DNA from: Nitrososphaerota archaeon
GTDB lineage: Archaea > Thermoproteota > Nitrososphaeria > PSMU01
Length of the DNA stretch: 64,000 nt
Assembly (NCBI GenBank): GCA_040290255.1
Contig: PSMU01000002.1
Coordinates: forward strand, 1-64,000
Direction of reading: 5' to 3'
Made by a program: the position numbers and the translations under genes. The first letter of the stretch is position 1, and each line of letters opens with the position of its first letter. Below are positions 36,637 to 46,811 of this stretch, piece by piece. The notes beneath the pieces are model-generated. The model searched no databases, was not told the DNA's origin, and worked only from the letters and a program-made list of their open reading frames with translations.

Positions 36637-37539
36637 ATGAGGGGCTACCTGGCCTGTGATATAGGGGCCTCGGCCCTGCGCGTGGGCTTCTTCGATGAAG
36701 AGGGAAGGCTCGTGCGCTGGCGAAGGCATAAGCTCCCACCCTCGCTGCGAAGAGGGGAGTTCGAGAGGCTCCTGCTGGGCGCGCTGAAGGACATCTTGGG
36801 GAAGGACGTGGCGCATGCCGTGGGGATAGGCTCCGTGGGGCCCCTAGATCAACAGAGGGGCGAGCTGCTGGGGCCGGTGAACCTCAAGGTGGGGAGGCTT
36901 AACCTGAGGGCGCTGATCGAGCGCGGGCTCGGCCTCGGCCTCTCGCTTCTGAACGACTGCAAGGCGGCCGCGCTGGGCGAGTTTCATTGGGCCTGGAGGG
37001 CGAGGGGATACAGGTTTCTGGTCTACGTAGGCATAGGCACGGGCATAGGAGGGGGGGTAATAGAGGACGGCAGGCTGCTGCTGGGAAGGAGGGGGAATGC
37101 CAGCGAGGTGGGGCACATGACGCTGGTCAGGGATGGCAGGCCCTGTGGCTGCGGCGGCAGGGGACACTGGGAGGCCTACTGCTCGGGCCTGAACCTCCCG
37201 CTCTACTTCGCGGAGTGGTCAGCGGGCGCAAGGGCCTATGCCGGCGCCCGAGAGCTCCTGCAGGCCGCGAAGCGAGGCGAGCCGAGCGCGCAGCGCTTTA
37301 TCGAGCACATCAAGGACCTCAACGCCTTGGCGCTCTCGAACCTCTGCAACCTCTACGACCCCGAGCTCATAGTGCTGGGAGGGGGCGTGATGAGGGGCAA
37401 TGCGCGCCTTTTGCTCAGGGGCCTTAGGGACAGGATGAGCGGCGTGCTGGCGGGGAGGGTGGGCATCAGGCCCAGCGCCCTGGGCGAGCTCGCCGTGCTC
37501 AGGGGCGCGATCGTGCCGCTGCTGAAAGGAAGCCAGTAG
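36637..37539 (+). CDS. ROK family sugar kinase
   Basis: DIGAS, NDCKAAALGE, GTGIGGG, EVGH, CGCG.RGHWEAY. Confidence 0.9.
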   Translation: MRGYLACDIGASALRVGFFDEEGRLVRWRRHKLPPSLRRGEFERLLLGALKDILGKDVAHAVGIGSVGPLDQQRGELLGPVNLKVGRLNLRALIERGLGLGLSLLNDCKAAALGEFHWAWRARGYRFLVYVGIGTGIGGGVIEDGRLLLGRRGNASEVGHMTLVRDGRPCGCGGRGHWEAYCSGLNLPLYFAEWSAGARAYAGARELLQAAKRGEPSAQRFIEHIKDLNALALSNLCNLYDPELIVLGGGVMRGNARLLLRGLRDRMSGVLAGRVGIRPSALGELAVLRGAIVPLLKGSQ

Positions 37540-37572
37540 AAGCATTATAAGAGCGGGCTGAGCCGCGGGCCC

Positions 37573-38346
37573 ATGGAGGGCTACTCTTACGTCATCATCG
37601 AGAAGGAGGGACGTGTGGCGACGGTGAGGCTGAACAGGCCTCACGTGCTAAACGCCCTAAGCCTGGAGCTGCTGGGCGAGATAGCGAGGGCGCTCAACTC
37701 GCTGGAGCGGGAGGGACAGATAGGGGCCGTAGTGCTGACGGGCGATGAAAGGGCCTTTTCATCGGGCGCCGACGTAAAGGAGCTGAGCCAGAGGGGCCTG
37801 AGGGAGCTGCTCACGGAGGGCAGGGAGCGCCACTGGGCGGCCATAAGGTCCTTCAGCAAGCCCCTGATAGCGGCGGTGAGCGGCTACTGCGTGGGAGGCG
37901 GGCTCGAGCTCGCCCTCTGCTGCGACCTGATCGTGGCCTCGGAGGAGGCGCTCTTTGGGCAGCCCGAGATAGGCCTGGGCCTCATGCCCGGCGCGGGGGG
38001 CACGCAGAGGCTCGTAAGGGCCATAGGGAGGAATAGGGCAATGGACCTCGCGCTCACGGGCAGGCTCATAGGGGCCAGGGAGGCGTACCAGATGGGGCTG
38101 GTGAGCAGGGTGGTTCCCAAGGAGCTCTATCTTGAGGAGGCAAAGAGGCTGGCCGCGCAGCTCGCAGCCTTTCCGTCCCTGGCGCTGCTCTTCGTAAGGC
38201 AGGCGGTTGACAGGGCACTCGACCTGCCGCTCGAGGCCGGGCTAGAGTATGAAAGGAGGGCCTTCTACCTGCTCATGGCGCTCGAGGAGGCCCGTGAGGG
38301 GCTCAGGGCCTTCTTGGAGAAGAGGGCGCCCCGCTTTCAGGCATGA
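37573..38346 (+). CDS. Enoyl-CoA hydratase (PaaF-like)
   Basis: LNRP..LNAL, AFSSGAD, GGGLELA, FGQPEI.LG.MPGAGGTQRL. Confidence 0.9.
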   Translation: MEGYSYVIIEKEGRVATVRLNRPHVLNALSLELLGEIARALNSLEREGQIGAVVLTGDERAFSSGADVKELSQRGLRELLTEGRERHWAAIRSFSKPLIAAVSGYCVGGGLELALCCDLIVASEEALFGQPEIGLGLMPGAGGTQRLVRAIGRNRAMDLALTGRLIGAREAYQMGLVSRVVPKELYLEEAKRLAAQLAAFPSLALLFVRQAVDRALDLPLEAGLEYERRAFYLLMALEEAREGLRAFLEKRAPRFQA

Positions 38347-39143
38347 GCGCCGCTTATTCCCTCCTCCTCTACGAGCGGGAAGGGGGCATCGCCAAGATTA
38401 CGCTGAACAGGCCCGAGAGGCTCAACGCTCTGAACGAGCCCCTCCTCAAGGAGCTGAACCAGGCCCTGAGGCAGGCCTCGGAGGATAGGGAGGTGAGGTG
38501 CATCGTGCTCACTGGCGCGGGCCGCGGGTTTTGCGTGGGCGCGGACATACAGGAGCTGAGGCAGAAGTATGAGCGAGGCGAGGCGGTCTCGCTGGGCCAG
38601 AACCTGCGGCTGCTCTTTTCGCCCCTAATAGAGAGGATAAGGCGCGCTGAGAAGCCCGTGCTGGCCCTCATCAACGGCCCCTGCGCGGGCGCCGGGCTCA
38701 GCATGGCCCTGGCCTGCGACGTCAGGATAGCCTCCGAGGAGGCCAGGTTCGTGATCGCCTTCACGAGGATAGGTCTGGTGCCCGACAGCGGAGCCAGCCT
38801 CCTGCTGCCGCTTCACCTTGGCCTGGCCAGGTCTACGCACCTCATCTTCACCTCAGGGCAGTTGAGCGCGCGGGAGGCCCTGGAGCTGGGCCTCGTGGCA
38901 AGGGTGGTGCCTCCCGAGGCCTTGGCGCAGGAGGGCATGGATTATGCCAGGCAGTTGGCCAGCGGCCCCACGAAGGCGCTCGCCTATACCAAGCGCCTGC
39001 TCAACGCCGCCATCATGCCCCAGCTGGCCCAGCTCTTCGAGCTCGAGGCCCATTACCAGGAGCTTGCCTCAAGGACGGAGGACCATGCCGAGGGCCTAAG
39101 GGCCTTCTTCGAAAAGAGGGAGCCGCGCTTCAAGGGCTCGTGA
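38343..39143 (+). CDS. Enoyl-CoA hydratase/isomerase (PaaG-like)
   Basis: GRGFCVGAD, NGPCAGAG.S.ALACD, AFTRIGLVPDSG. Confidence 0.88.
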   Translation: MSAAYSLLLYEREGGIAKITLNRPERLNALNEPLLKELNQALRQASEDREVRCIVLTGAGRGFCVGADIQELRQKYERGEAVSLGQNLRLLFSPLIERIRRAEKPVLALINGPCAGAGLSMALACDVRIASEEARFVIAFTRIGLVPDSGASLLLPLHLGLARSTHLIFTSGQLSAREALELGLVARVVPPEALAQEGMDYARQLASGPTKALAYTKRLLNAAIMPQLAQLFELEAHYQELASRTEDHAEGLRAFFEKREPRFKGS

Positions 39144-39180
39144 GGCACAGCCTTTAATACTCGCCCTGAGCGTTCGGCAA

Positions 39181-39714
39181 GTGCTGCCCCTGCTGGGCCT
39201 GCTCCTCGAGCTGAGGCTGCTGAGGCCGCTGCCCGAAGCCGCGGCGGGTCTGCTGCTGCTCATAGTGGGCCTGGCCTTTGCCTTTGCGGGAGGCGCCCTG
39301 GTCAAGGGCCTCGTCTTCCTGGGCGCGGGGCTGGTGGGCAGCGCCGTAGCGGTGGCGCTGCTGTTGCCCTACCTTCCGGGCCTGCTGCTGATACCCGTAT
39401 GGGTCGTTGGCTTCCTGCTCGGGGGCCTCCTCTCGCTCCTCTTCCTTCCCTTGGGCGTTGGGCTGCTCTTAGGATATATGGCATACTGGCTCGCGGCCGC
39501 CCTGGGCCTCGGCATCTTCCTTTCTTTGCTCGTGGGAGGATTGCTCTTCCTGGCCGGCCTCTTCTCCACTCGACAGGTGCTGGGCCTCGTGACGGCCGCG
39601 GTGGGAGGGCTGCTCACCATGAACGCGCTCCTCCTGCTCTCTAGCCCCGCCTGGCTCGCCGCCCTCCTGGGCCTGGCGGTGGGAATAGGGGGGCTCTTGG
39701 CCCAGCTGCGCTAG
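39181..39714 (+). CDS. Gly-rich polytopic membrane protein (DUF4203-like)
   Basis: About 7 short Gly-rich TM segments. Confidence 0.6.
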   Translation: MLPLLGLLLELRLLRPLPEAAAGLLLLIVGLAFAFAGGALVKGLVFLGAGLVGSAVAVALLLPYLPGLLLIPVWVVGFLLGGLLSLLFLPLGVGLLLGYMAYWLAAALGLGIFLSLLVGGLLFLAGLFSTRQVLGLVTAAVGGLLTMNALLLLSSPAWLAALLGLAVGIGGLLAQLR

Positions 39715-40098
39715 TAGTCCCCCAGCACGCGGACCCTTATGATGACTCTCCTCTCATCCCGTTGGGCACCCCATGGCCTGCCGGTGTACTTCTTGGAGAG
39801 CAGGTCTATGCGCCGCTGAGCCTCCTCTCGTTGATAAAATCGGCGGCATGCCCCTTCAGCGTCACCTACTCACACGGGTTCTTCTCGCTGAGGACGCAGA
39901 GGGCCACCCTAGGATCCCTCCTGGCGTTCCTCTCCTTGACGCGGCCCACCCTCGTATTGGCAACACCGCGCCGTCCTCAGCGAGGTCCACCCAGACGGGC
40001 GTGGTATGGGGCCAGCCATTGCGCCCCAGCGGCGCGAGGAAGCCGAAATTCCTGTCCAGGAGAAGCCCTCTGGCCCTTTCGGAAATGCTGCTCGCCAT
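39711..40098 (-). pseudogene. PPOX-class split-barrel oxidoreductase pseudogene
   Basis: G.PHTTPVWVD / NTRVGRVKERNARRDPRVAL...NPCE*VTLKG / IDLLSKKYTG...ERRVIIRV; two frameshifts and one stop. Confidence 0.8.
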
Positions 40099-40180
40099 AT
40101 CCCTGCCTTGCCCGCCGGCTTAAGGGCTCAACTCTTGGCCAGCCGCCAAAACCCTTAAACGGCCGCGCGCTCTTAAAGCG

Positions 40181-41203
40181 ATGTTGCAGAGGCCCGTAGG
40201 AGGCTTTCCGAGGAGCAGGCCCAGGAGGCTTCGCGCAAGCGCCCTTCTCAGGAATCTGGTGGCTGAGAGCAGGCTCTTGCCAGGGCAGCTCATCATGCCG
40301 CTCTTCGTCAAGGAGGGGCTCACGGGCAGGCAGCCCATCCCCTCCATGCCGGGCCAGGAATGGTACTCCCCGGAGGAGCTGGTGAAGGAGGCATCCTCGC
40401 TCCTGGAGCTGGGCATAAGGGCCGTGCTGCTCTTCGGTGTGCCAAGAAGCAAGGACGCGCTGGGCTCTCAGGCATATGCCGAGGACGGCATCGTGCAGAG
40501 GGCGGTAAGGGCCCTGAAGAGGGAGCTGGGCGAGCAGCTCATCGTGATGACGGACGTGTGCCTGTGCCAGTATACGAGCACGGGCCACTGCGGGCTCGTG
40601 GTGGAGAAGGCAGGGAGGGCCATCGTGGATAATGATACCACGCTTCCCGTCCTGGCCAGGGTGGCCGTGAGCCATGCCCGCGCGGGCGCGGATGTGGTCT
40701 GCCCCTCCGACATGATGGACGGCAGGGTGGGCGCGATAAGGCAGGCCCTGGATGCGGAGGGCTTGCAAGGCGTGGCCATCATGGCCTACTCGGCCAAGTA
40801 CGCCTCTTGCCTCTATGGACCCTTCAGGGAGGCCGCGGGCTCCGCGCCCGTCTTCGGCGACCGCCGCTCCCACCAGATGGACATCAGGAACGCCCGGGAG
40901 GCGGTGAGGGAGGTGGCCCTGGACGTGGGCGAGGGGGCTGACATAGTAATGGTGAAGCCCGCGCTCTGGTACCTCGACGTCATAAGGCTCGTCAGGAGGA
41001 GCTGCCCCCTCCCTCTGGCCGCGTACAGCGTAAGCGGCGAGTATGCTATGATAAAGCTCGCCGCGGGCGCGGGGCTCCTGCAGGAGGACAGGGCCATCTA
41101 TGAAGCCCTTCACTCCATAAGGAGGGCGGGCGCCGACCTCATCATCACCTACTTCGCCAAGGACTACGCGAAGCTCTACCGCGCGGGCTTCTCGCCCTTC
41201 TAG
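40181..41203 (+). CDS. hemB: Porphobilinogen synthase
   Basis: [39 protein letters not shown]. Confidence 0.97.
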   Translation: MLQRPVGGFPRSRPRRLRASALLRNLVAESRLLPGQLIMPLFVKEGLTGRQPIPSMPGQEWYSPEELVKEASSLLELGIRAVLLFGVPRSKDALGSQAYAEDGIVQRAVRALKRELGEQLIVMTDVCLCQYTSTGHCGLVVEKAGRAIVDNDTTLPVLARVAVSHARAGADVVCPSDMMDGRVGAIRQALDAEGLQGVAIMAYSAKYASCLYGPFREAAGSAPVFGDRRSHQMDIRNAREAVREVALDVGEGADIVMVKPALWYLDVIRLVRRSCPLPLAAYSVSGEYAMIKLAAGAGLLQEDRAIYEALHSIRRAGADLIITYFAKDYAKLYRAGFSPF

Positions 41204-41207
41204 CGCG

Positions 41208-42137
41208 ATGAAGCTGAGGGTGGGCACGCGCGGCAGCGCCCTGAGCCTGGCCCAGACGGAGGAGGCGCTGCGCCTGCTGAGGGCCTCTCATCCCGATCTG
41301 GAGGTTGAAGTAAGGGTGTACAGGACGCATGGGGACCAGGACGTCAAGACGCCGCTCTACCTTATGCCCATGAAGGGCGTCTTCGAGAAGGCCATAGATG
41401 AGGCCCTGCTCAGGGGCGAAATAGACGTAGCCGTGCACAGCATGAAGGACTGCCCCACCGATCTCCCCGAAGGGATAGCCATCGCCGCCGTGCCCCCGAG
41501 GCGCTCCCCTCACGATGTGCTCATCTCAAGGCGAGAAGAGGGCCTGGCGGAGCTTCCTGAAGGCGCAAGGGTGGGCACCAGCAGCCCGAGGAGGGTGGCC
41601 TTTCTCCGCCACCTGAGGCGGGACCTGCGCATCGAGCCGATCAGGGGCAACGTGGACACCAGGCTTCGCAAGCTGAGCGACATGGGCTACGACGCGCTGG
41701 TGCTCGCCGAGGCGGGCCTGCAGAGGCTGAGCGCAAAGCCGCGGTATCAGGTGCTCGCCAAGGATGAGTTCGTGCCGGCCTGCGGGCAGGGGGCCCTGGC
41801 CGTCGTGTGCAGGTCGGATGATCATGGGATAAGGCGCCTTCTCGCTTCCATAGACCACGCGCCCTCCAGGTTTGAGGTGGAGGCGGAGAGGGCCGTGCTG
41901 AAGCACCTGCGGGCGGGCTGTAGGACGCCGCTCGGCATCAACTTCGAATACGGCGCAGGGTCGGCCCTGGGCCGGCTGATGATGGTCTCGCCCGACTACC
42001 GAGGCCGGGTCCTGGCCAAGGTGAGGGTGGAGGCCAGCAGCCCTGAGCGCGCGGCGATGGAGCTGGTGAGGGCCTTTGAGGGGCTGGGGGGCATGAAGCT
42101 CTTTGAGGCCTGGAAGGGCCTGGAGGGCGCTCCATGA
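41208..42137 (+). CDS. hemC: Hydroxymethylbilane synthase
   Basis: GTRGS.L, AVHSMKD, GTSSPRR, RGNVDTRL, GQGALA, AGC.TP. Confidence 0.96.
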   Translation: MKLRVGTRGSALSLAQTEEALRLLRASHPDLEVEVRVYRTHGDQDVKTPLYLMPMKGVFEKAIDEALLRGEIDVAVHSMKDCPTDLPEGIAIAAVPPRRSPHDVLISRREEGLAELPEGARVGTSSPRRVAFLRHLRRDLRIEPIRGNVDTRLRKLSDMGYDALVLAEAGLQRLSAKPRYQVLAKDEFVPACGQGALAVVCRSDDHGIRRLLASIDHAPSRFEVEAERAVLKHLRAGCRTPLGINFEYGAGSALGRLMMVSPDYRGRVLAKVRVEASSPERAAMELVRAFEGLGGMKLFEAWKGLEGAP

Positions 42138-42844
42138 AGGTCGCCTTCACCGGCCTTCCGGACACTACGGCGCGGCTCTCCTCGGGCTTCAGGCGAGAGG
42201 ACGTGCTCTGCATCCCCCTCATCAGGCCGGCGAGGCTGCCCGCCTCGCTAAAGCTGCTCAGGGCCCTGGCGAAGGAGCTCTACCGCTTTGATGCGGTGGC
42301 CTTTACGAGCAAGACCGCCGTGCGGCTGGCCCTTAGGGCTGCGCCCCGGCTCAGGCGCTTCAAGGGCCGCATCATCGCGCTGGGCCCGGGCACTTCCTCG
42401 GAGCTGGCCAAGCATGGCATACTAAGCCCCCTGGTGCCCGAAACCCATAGCAGCGAGGCTCTGGTGAGCTTCGTGAAGGGGGTGGTGGGCTATGGAAGGG
42501 TTTTGGCGCTCTGTTCACGCCATTCACCCCTGGTAAAGGTCCGGCCTCAGGGCTGGACGGTGCTTCCGCTTTACACCCTCACGCTGGACTGGCGGGCCTG
42601 GGCCCGGCTCATGGCCTTGGCGGGCACGGGGGACTGTGCCATCGTGGTCACATCGGCGAGGGCGGCGCAGGCCCTCTTGCGCTTTCCACAGGCGCTGAGG
42701 CATGCCAAGATCTTGGCGATAAGCGAGAGGGTGGGCCAGGTGCTCAGGCGAGGAGGGCTGGCGCCGGCATGGGTGTATCAGGGGCGCGATATGGCGCTCT
42801 TCCCCCAGGCTTTAAAGGAGGCCCTGCTCTCCGAGAGAGCGTGA
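42134..42844 (+). CDS. hemD: Uroporphyrinogen-III synthase
   Basis: FTSKTAV, ALGPGT...L, SSEAL, LY, VTS, AIS; position between hemC and hemE. Confidence 0.8.
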   Translation: MKVAFTGLPDTTARLSSGFRREDVLCIPLIRPARLPASLKLLRALAKELYRFDAVAFTSKTAVRLALRAAPRLRRFKGRIIALGPGTSSELAKHGILSPLVPETHSSEALVSFVKGVVGYGRVLALCSRHSPLVKVRPQGWTVLPLYTLTLDWRAWARLMALAGTGDCAIVVTSARAAQALLRFPQALRHAKILAISERVGQVLRRGGLAPAWVYQGRDMALFPQALKEALLSERA

Positions 42845-43878
42845 ACGACCTGCTGCTGAGGGCGTGCAGGCTCGAGCGCACGGAGCGCACGCCCATCTGG
42901 CTGATGAGGCAGGCCGGCAGGTACCTCCCCTCCTACAGGCGCCTGAGGAGGCGCCACGACCTCTTGACGCTCTGCAGGAGCCCTGAGCTGGCCGCCAAGC
43001 TAACCTTGCTGCCCGTGGAGGAGCTGGGCGTGGATGCGGCCATCCTCTTTCACGACCTGTCGCTGCTGCTGGAGGCGATGGGGGCCCGGCTGCAGCTGAG
43101 GGAGGGCGTGGGGCCCATGATAGAGAACAGGGTACAGGGCCCAGGGCAGGTCGAGGCGCTCAGGGTCCCGGAGCCGGAGAAGGACATGGCCTATCTGCTG
43201 GAGGCCATCAGGAGGGCGAGGGCCCTGCTGAAGGGAAAGGTGCCCCTGATAGGCTTCGCCGGCGCGCCCTTCACGCTCGCCTGCTACCTTATCGAGGGCG
43301 CCCCCACCAGGGACTTTAGCCATGTCAGGAGGTTCATGTATGAGCAGCCGGCGGCCTGGCGCTCCCTGATGGAGAAGCTGGCGCAGGCTGCGGGCAGGCT
43401 GCTGAGGGCCCAGGTGGAGGCGGGTGCCCAGGCCGTGCAGCTCTTCGATACCTGGGCCGGCTGGCTGGGCAAGGAGGAGTATGAGGCGAAGGCGCTTCCC
43501 TATGCGGCTAAGGCCATCGAGGAGGTGCGCGACAGCGGCGCGCCCGTCATCTACTTCATGACGGGGGCAACACACCTGCTGGAGAAGGCAAGGCATACGG
43601 GCGCCCAGGTCCTGGGCATAGATTGGCGGCTCCCGCTCGATGAGGCCTGGGAGAGGGCAGGGTTTAATATGGCCCTGCAGGGAAACCTTGATCCGGCCGC
43701 GCTCTTCTGCTCGCCGCCCGAGCTCCGGCGCAGGGCGCTCGATGTGCTGCGAAGGGCGGCGGGAAGGCCGGGCCACATCTTCAACCTTGGCCACGGCATC
43801 CTTCCCGATACGCCCCCAGAGAGCGTGAAGCTCCTGGTAAGCCTGGTGAAGGCCCAGGGCCGCAGCGCCCGGAGCTAG
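42841..43878 (+). CDS. hemE: Uroporphyrinogen decarboxylase
   Basis: PIWLMRQAGRYLP, DAAILF.D, IGFAGAPFTLA.Y, QLFD, QGNLDP, IFNLGHG. Confidence 0.96.
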   Translation: MNDLLLRACRLERTERTPIWLMRQAGRYLPSYRRLRRRHDLLTLCRSPELAAKLTLLPVEELGVDAAILFHDLSLLLEAMGARLQLREGVGPMIENRVQGPGQVEALRVPEPEKDMAYLLEAIRRARALLKGKVPLIGFAGAPFTLACYLIEGAPTRDFSHVRRFMYEQPAAWRSLMEKLAQAAGRLLRAQVEAGAQAVQLFDTWAGWLGKEEYEAKALPYAAKAIEEVRDSGAPVIYFMTGATHLLEKARHTGAQVLGIDWRLPLDEAWERAGFNMALQGNLDPAALFCSPPELRRRALDVLRRAAGRPGHIFNLGHGILPDTPPESVKLLVSLVKAQGRSARS

Positions 43879-43906
43879 CTTTTATTAGGGGCCGCCAAGG
43901 GGCTCC

Positions 43907-44845
43907 ATGCCCGGCCATCTGGGCGTGCTGCTGATGGCCTACGGCTCTCCCTCAGGGCTTGAGGATGTGGCGAGATATTACGCCCATTTAAGGGCGGCAA
44001 GGGGGAGCCCCCCGCCCAGCCAGGAGGAGGTCGAGGAGCTCACGGAGCGGTATCGAAGGATAGGGGGCCGCTCTCCTTTGCTAGAGATGACGATCAGGCA
44101 GGCAAGGGCCCTCGAGAGGGAGCTTAGGGCCCGGGGAAGGGAGCTTAAGGTCTACTTGGGCATGAGGCACTCATCGCCCTTCATAGGCGAGGCCGTGAGG
44201 AGGGCCAGGGAGGAGGGGGTCAGCTTCCTGGTGGCAATCGCGCTGGCGCCCCACTACTCAAGGCTCAGCATCGGGGATTATGAGCAGGCGCTGAGGGAGG
44301 CCGCGCAAGGGCCGACAGGCCTTGAGTACGATATGGTGAGAAGCTATCACCTGCACCCGCTCTTCCTCGAGGCCTGGAGGGAAAGGGTTGAAGCCGCGCT
44401 AAAGCCCCTGGAGGAGGGTGAGAGGCGGGGACTACATACGCTCTTTACGGCGCACAGCCTTCCCGAGGCCATCTTGCGCTGGGGAGACCCGTATCCGGAC
44501 CAGGTGCTGGAGAGCGCGCGGGCCCTGGCGGGCCTGCTGGGGCTGCGAAGCTGGGAGGTGGCCTACCAGAGCGCCGGCGCCACGGGCGGCAGGTGGCTCG
44601 GCCCCCATTTGCTCGAGAGGGTGCGCGCTTTAGCCCGGGAGGGGCGCCGCACGCTGCTCGTGGTGCCCCTCGGCTTCGTGTCGGACCATCTCGAGGTCCT
44701 ATATGATATAGATCTGGAGGCGCGCGGCTTGGCCCAGAGCCTCAACGTCAAGCTTCTGAGGCCCGAGATGCTCAACGATTCCCCCACCTTCATCAGGGCC
44801 CTCGCGGACCTGGTGGAGGAGCGCCTGAGGGCGCGCCCGCGCTGA
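43907..44845 (+). CDS. hemH: Ferrochelatase, probably the coproporphyrin type (CpfC)
   Basis: LMAYGSP, YRRIGG.SPL, LAPHYS, FTAHSLP, YQS, WLGP, GFVSDHLE.LYDID. Confidence 0.93.
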   Translation: MPGHLGVLLMAYGSPSGLEDVARYYAHLRAARGSPPPSQEEVEELTERYRRIGGRSPLLEMTIRQARALERELRARGRELKVYLGMRHSSPFIGEAVRRAREEGVSFLVAIALAPHYSRLSIGDYEQALREAAQGPTGLEYDMVRSYHLHPLFLEAWRERVEAALKPLEEGERRGLHTLFTAHSLPEAILRWGDPYPDQVLESARALAGLLGLRSWEVAYQSAGATGGRWLGPHLLERVRALAREGRRTLLVVPLGFVSDHLEVLYDIDLEARGLAQSLNVKLLRPEMLNDSPTFIRALADLVEERLRARPR

Positions 44846-44849
44846 TGTC

Positions 44850-45527
44850 CTATGATTGACCCTCCAGCCCCGCGAGAAGCCTGGAGAGCTCCTCTGGCGA
44901 GGCCCTCACGCAGGTGAAGATGGGCGTGTCCCTGAGCGTATAGGGCCTGACCTTGGAGGACCTCAGGGCCATGACGAGGGCCACGTACTCCGGCAGCGAC
45001 TTCATCTCGTAGGCGACGATGAATTCATCGTCTCCAAGCCCATAGCTGTAGTACAGGAACTGCCTGATGCCCTTGAACTTAGAGGCTATCTCCACGTGCT
45101 CCTGCTCCATTAGCTGGCGGCGGACCTCGAAGGGCAGCTGGTACCACTCGGCCGTCTTTGAGAAGGGGTAGAGGGTCAGGTAGGGAAGGCCCGAGGGAGC
45201 GCCCGCGCTGATGCGGCCCGTATATGGCGAGGGCAGGGCGATGCCGAAGAAGAGGTGCCTGCAGGCTATGTGCTGGGCCAGGGAGGTGCCCCTCAGCGAG
45301 GCGAAGGCCCGCTGCAGCTGCTCCGGGCTATGGGCCCTCAGCCAGGCCATAAAGTCCACGCCCGCCTTCAGGCCCAGCGTGGAGTAAAGGTCGATGGCCA
45401 CATCGCCCTGCTTGAGGAACGCCTGCAGGGATGAAAGGCCCAGCTCATAGCGCGTCGCAGGTGGCAGGAGGAACCAGGAGCGGCGCAGGCCGTAGAAGGC
45501 AAAGGCGTTGTAGGGCCTCTCCTCCAT
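44850..45527 (-). CDS. hemQ: Coproheme decarboxylase / chlorite dismutase family (ChdC)
   Basis: YST.GLKA..DFM.W, YPFSKT.EWY.LP...RR..M..EH, YSYGLGD.EF. Confidence 0.85.
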   Translation of the reverse strand: MEERPYNAFAFYGLRRSWFLLPPATRYELGLSSLQAFLKQGDVAIDLYSTLGLKAGVDFMAWLRAHSPEQLQRAFASLRGTSLAQHIACRHLFFGIALPSPYTGRISAGAPSGLPYLTLYPFSKTAEWYQLPFEVRRQLMEQEHVEIASKFKGIRQFLYYSYGLGDDEFIVAYEMKSLPEYVALVMALRSSKVRPYTLRDTPIFTCVRASPEELSRLLAGLEGQS

Positions 45528-45632
45528 TGCCCGGGGCAGGAGCTCAGGTTATTTCTGCTTTGCCCGCAGCTGCTGGCCTTATCCTCGCCCGGTACCAAAA
45601 ACTCTTATATGGCACGAAGCCGGTGGAACGGC

Positions 45633-45881
45633 ATGGCGCTCGTGGGGGTCGAGTGGATCGTCGTGGCCATCATCGTCATAGCGCTCCTGCTCTGGGGCCC
45701 CACGAAGCTCCCCGAGCTGGCCCGGGCGCTGGGGAGGGCCAGGAGGGAATATCAGAAGGCCAGCCAGGAGGAGGAAGAGGACAAGCTCTTGCAGCTGGCT
45801 AAGAGCCTCGGCATAGCCACCGAGGGAAAGACGAGGGAGCAGATAGCGCAGGAGGTCTCCGAGCGCCTCAAGAAGGCCTAG
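45633..45881 (+). CDS. tatA: Twin-arginine translocase subunit TatA
   Basis: G.EW, LLWGP.KLPELARALGRA..EY.KA. Confidence 0.92.
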   Translation: MALVGVEWIVVAIIVIALLLWGPTKLPELARALGRARREYQKASQEEEEDKLLQLAKSLGIATEGKTREQIAQEVSERLKKA

Positions 45882-45883
45882 GC

Positions 45884-46756
45884 TTGGGGGAGGGGGCGGA
45901 GGAAAGCGCCAAGCTGAGCTTTGCCGAGCACCTGCTGGAGCTGAGGAGCAGGGTCAAGGTGGTGCTCATATCGCTTCTTGTGAGCACGCTGGCCTTCCTG
46001 GCCTTTCCGGCGAATCCCTTGGACTTACTCAGCTATCAGGCCTGGCAGACGGGCCTTTACAAGCCCCTGGTCTCGCTCGTGCTCGACTGGATCCGGGAGA
46101 ACGTCACGCCTCAGGGCGTCTCCATCATAAGCCTGAGCGTGGGGGCGCCGCTGGAGGTCTACTTTCTCGCTTCCCTGCTCCTGGGCCTCGTGGCCAGCAG
46201 CCCCATCATCGCCTATGAGATATACAGGTATGTGGACCCCGCGCTTTATCCCCATGAGCGCAGGGCCCTCTATCCCTTTATCCTCTCCTTCACGGGGCTC
46301 TTCGTGGCCGGCGCGCTCTTCGGGCTGCAGTATATAGCGCGGTTTGTGCTCTGGACCGTGATCCCCTTCTCCCAGTTCGTCGGCTCCACGCCGCTCCTGT
46401 CCGTGAATGACTTCTACCTCACGGTCTTCCTCTCCGTGGCGCTGACGGGGCTCAGCTTTACCTTGCCCGCCTTCCTGGTCCTGCTGGTGAAGTTCGGCGT
46501 CCTGCGCACCAGGGCGATAACCTCCAACCGCAAGCTCTTTTACCCTATCCTGTACATCATCGTCGCGATAATCACGCCCGATGGAGGGCCGCTGGCGGAC
46601 ATAGCGCTCTTCCTGCCCGTGGCCGCGATGATGGAGGTCGCCCTCTTGGTGGCGAAGCGCTACGAGAGGGCTAGGCTAACGCCCTGCCCCTTCTGCCGAG
46701 CAGAAGTAGATGTAGGCACGCTCTTCTGCCCTCGATGCAGGAGGGCGCTCCTCTAG
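45884..46756 (+). CDS. tatC: Twin-arginine translocase subunit TatC with C-terminal Zn ribbon
   Basis: EHL.ELR.R, YE..RYV.PALYPHE, AIITPDG; tail CPFC...CPRC. Confidence 0.92.
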   Translation: MGEGAEESAKLSFAEHLLELRSRVKVVLISLLVSTLAFLAFPANPLDLLSYQAWQTGLYKPLVSLVLDWIRENVTPQGVSIISLSVGAPLEVYFLASLLLGLVASSPIIAYEIYRYVDPALYPHERRALYPFILSFTGLFVAGALFGLQYIARFVLWTVIPFSQFVGSTPLLSVNDFYLTVFLSVALTGLSFTLPAFLVLLVKFGVLRTRAITSNRKLFYPILYIIVAIITPDGGPLADIALFLPVAAMMEVALLVAKRYERARLTPCPFCRAEVDVGTLFCPRCRRALL

Positions 46757-46811
46757 CCCTTGGGCCAAGGGTGCAAACGCTTTATAGGACTAGCTTGCAG
46801 CTCACCCGGCC

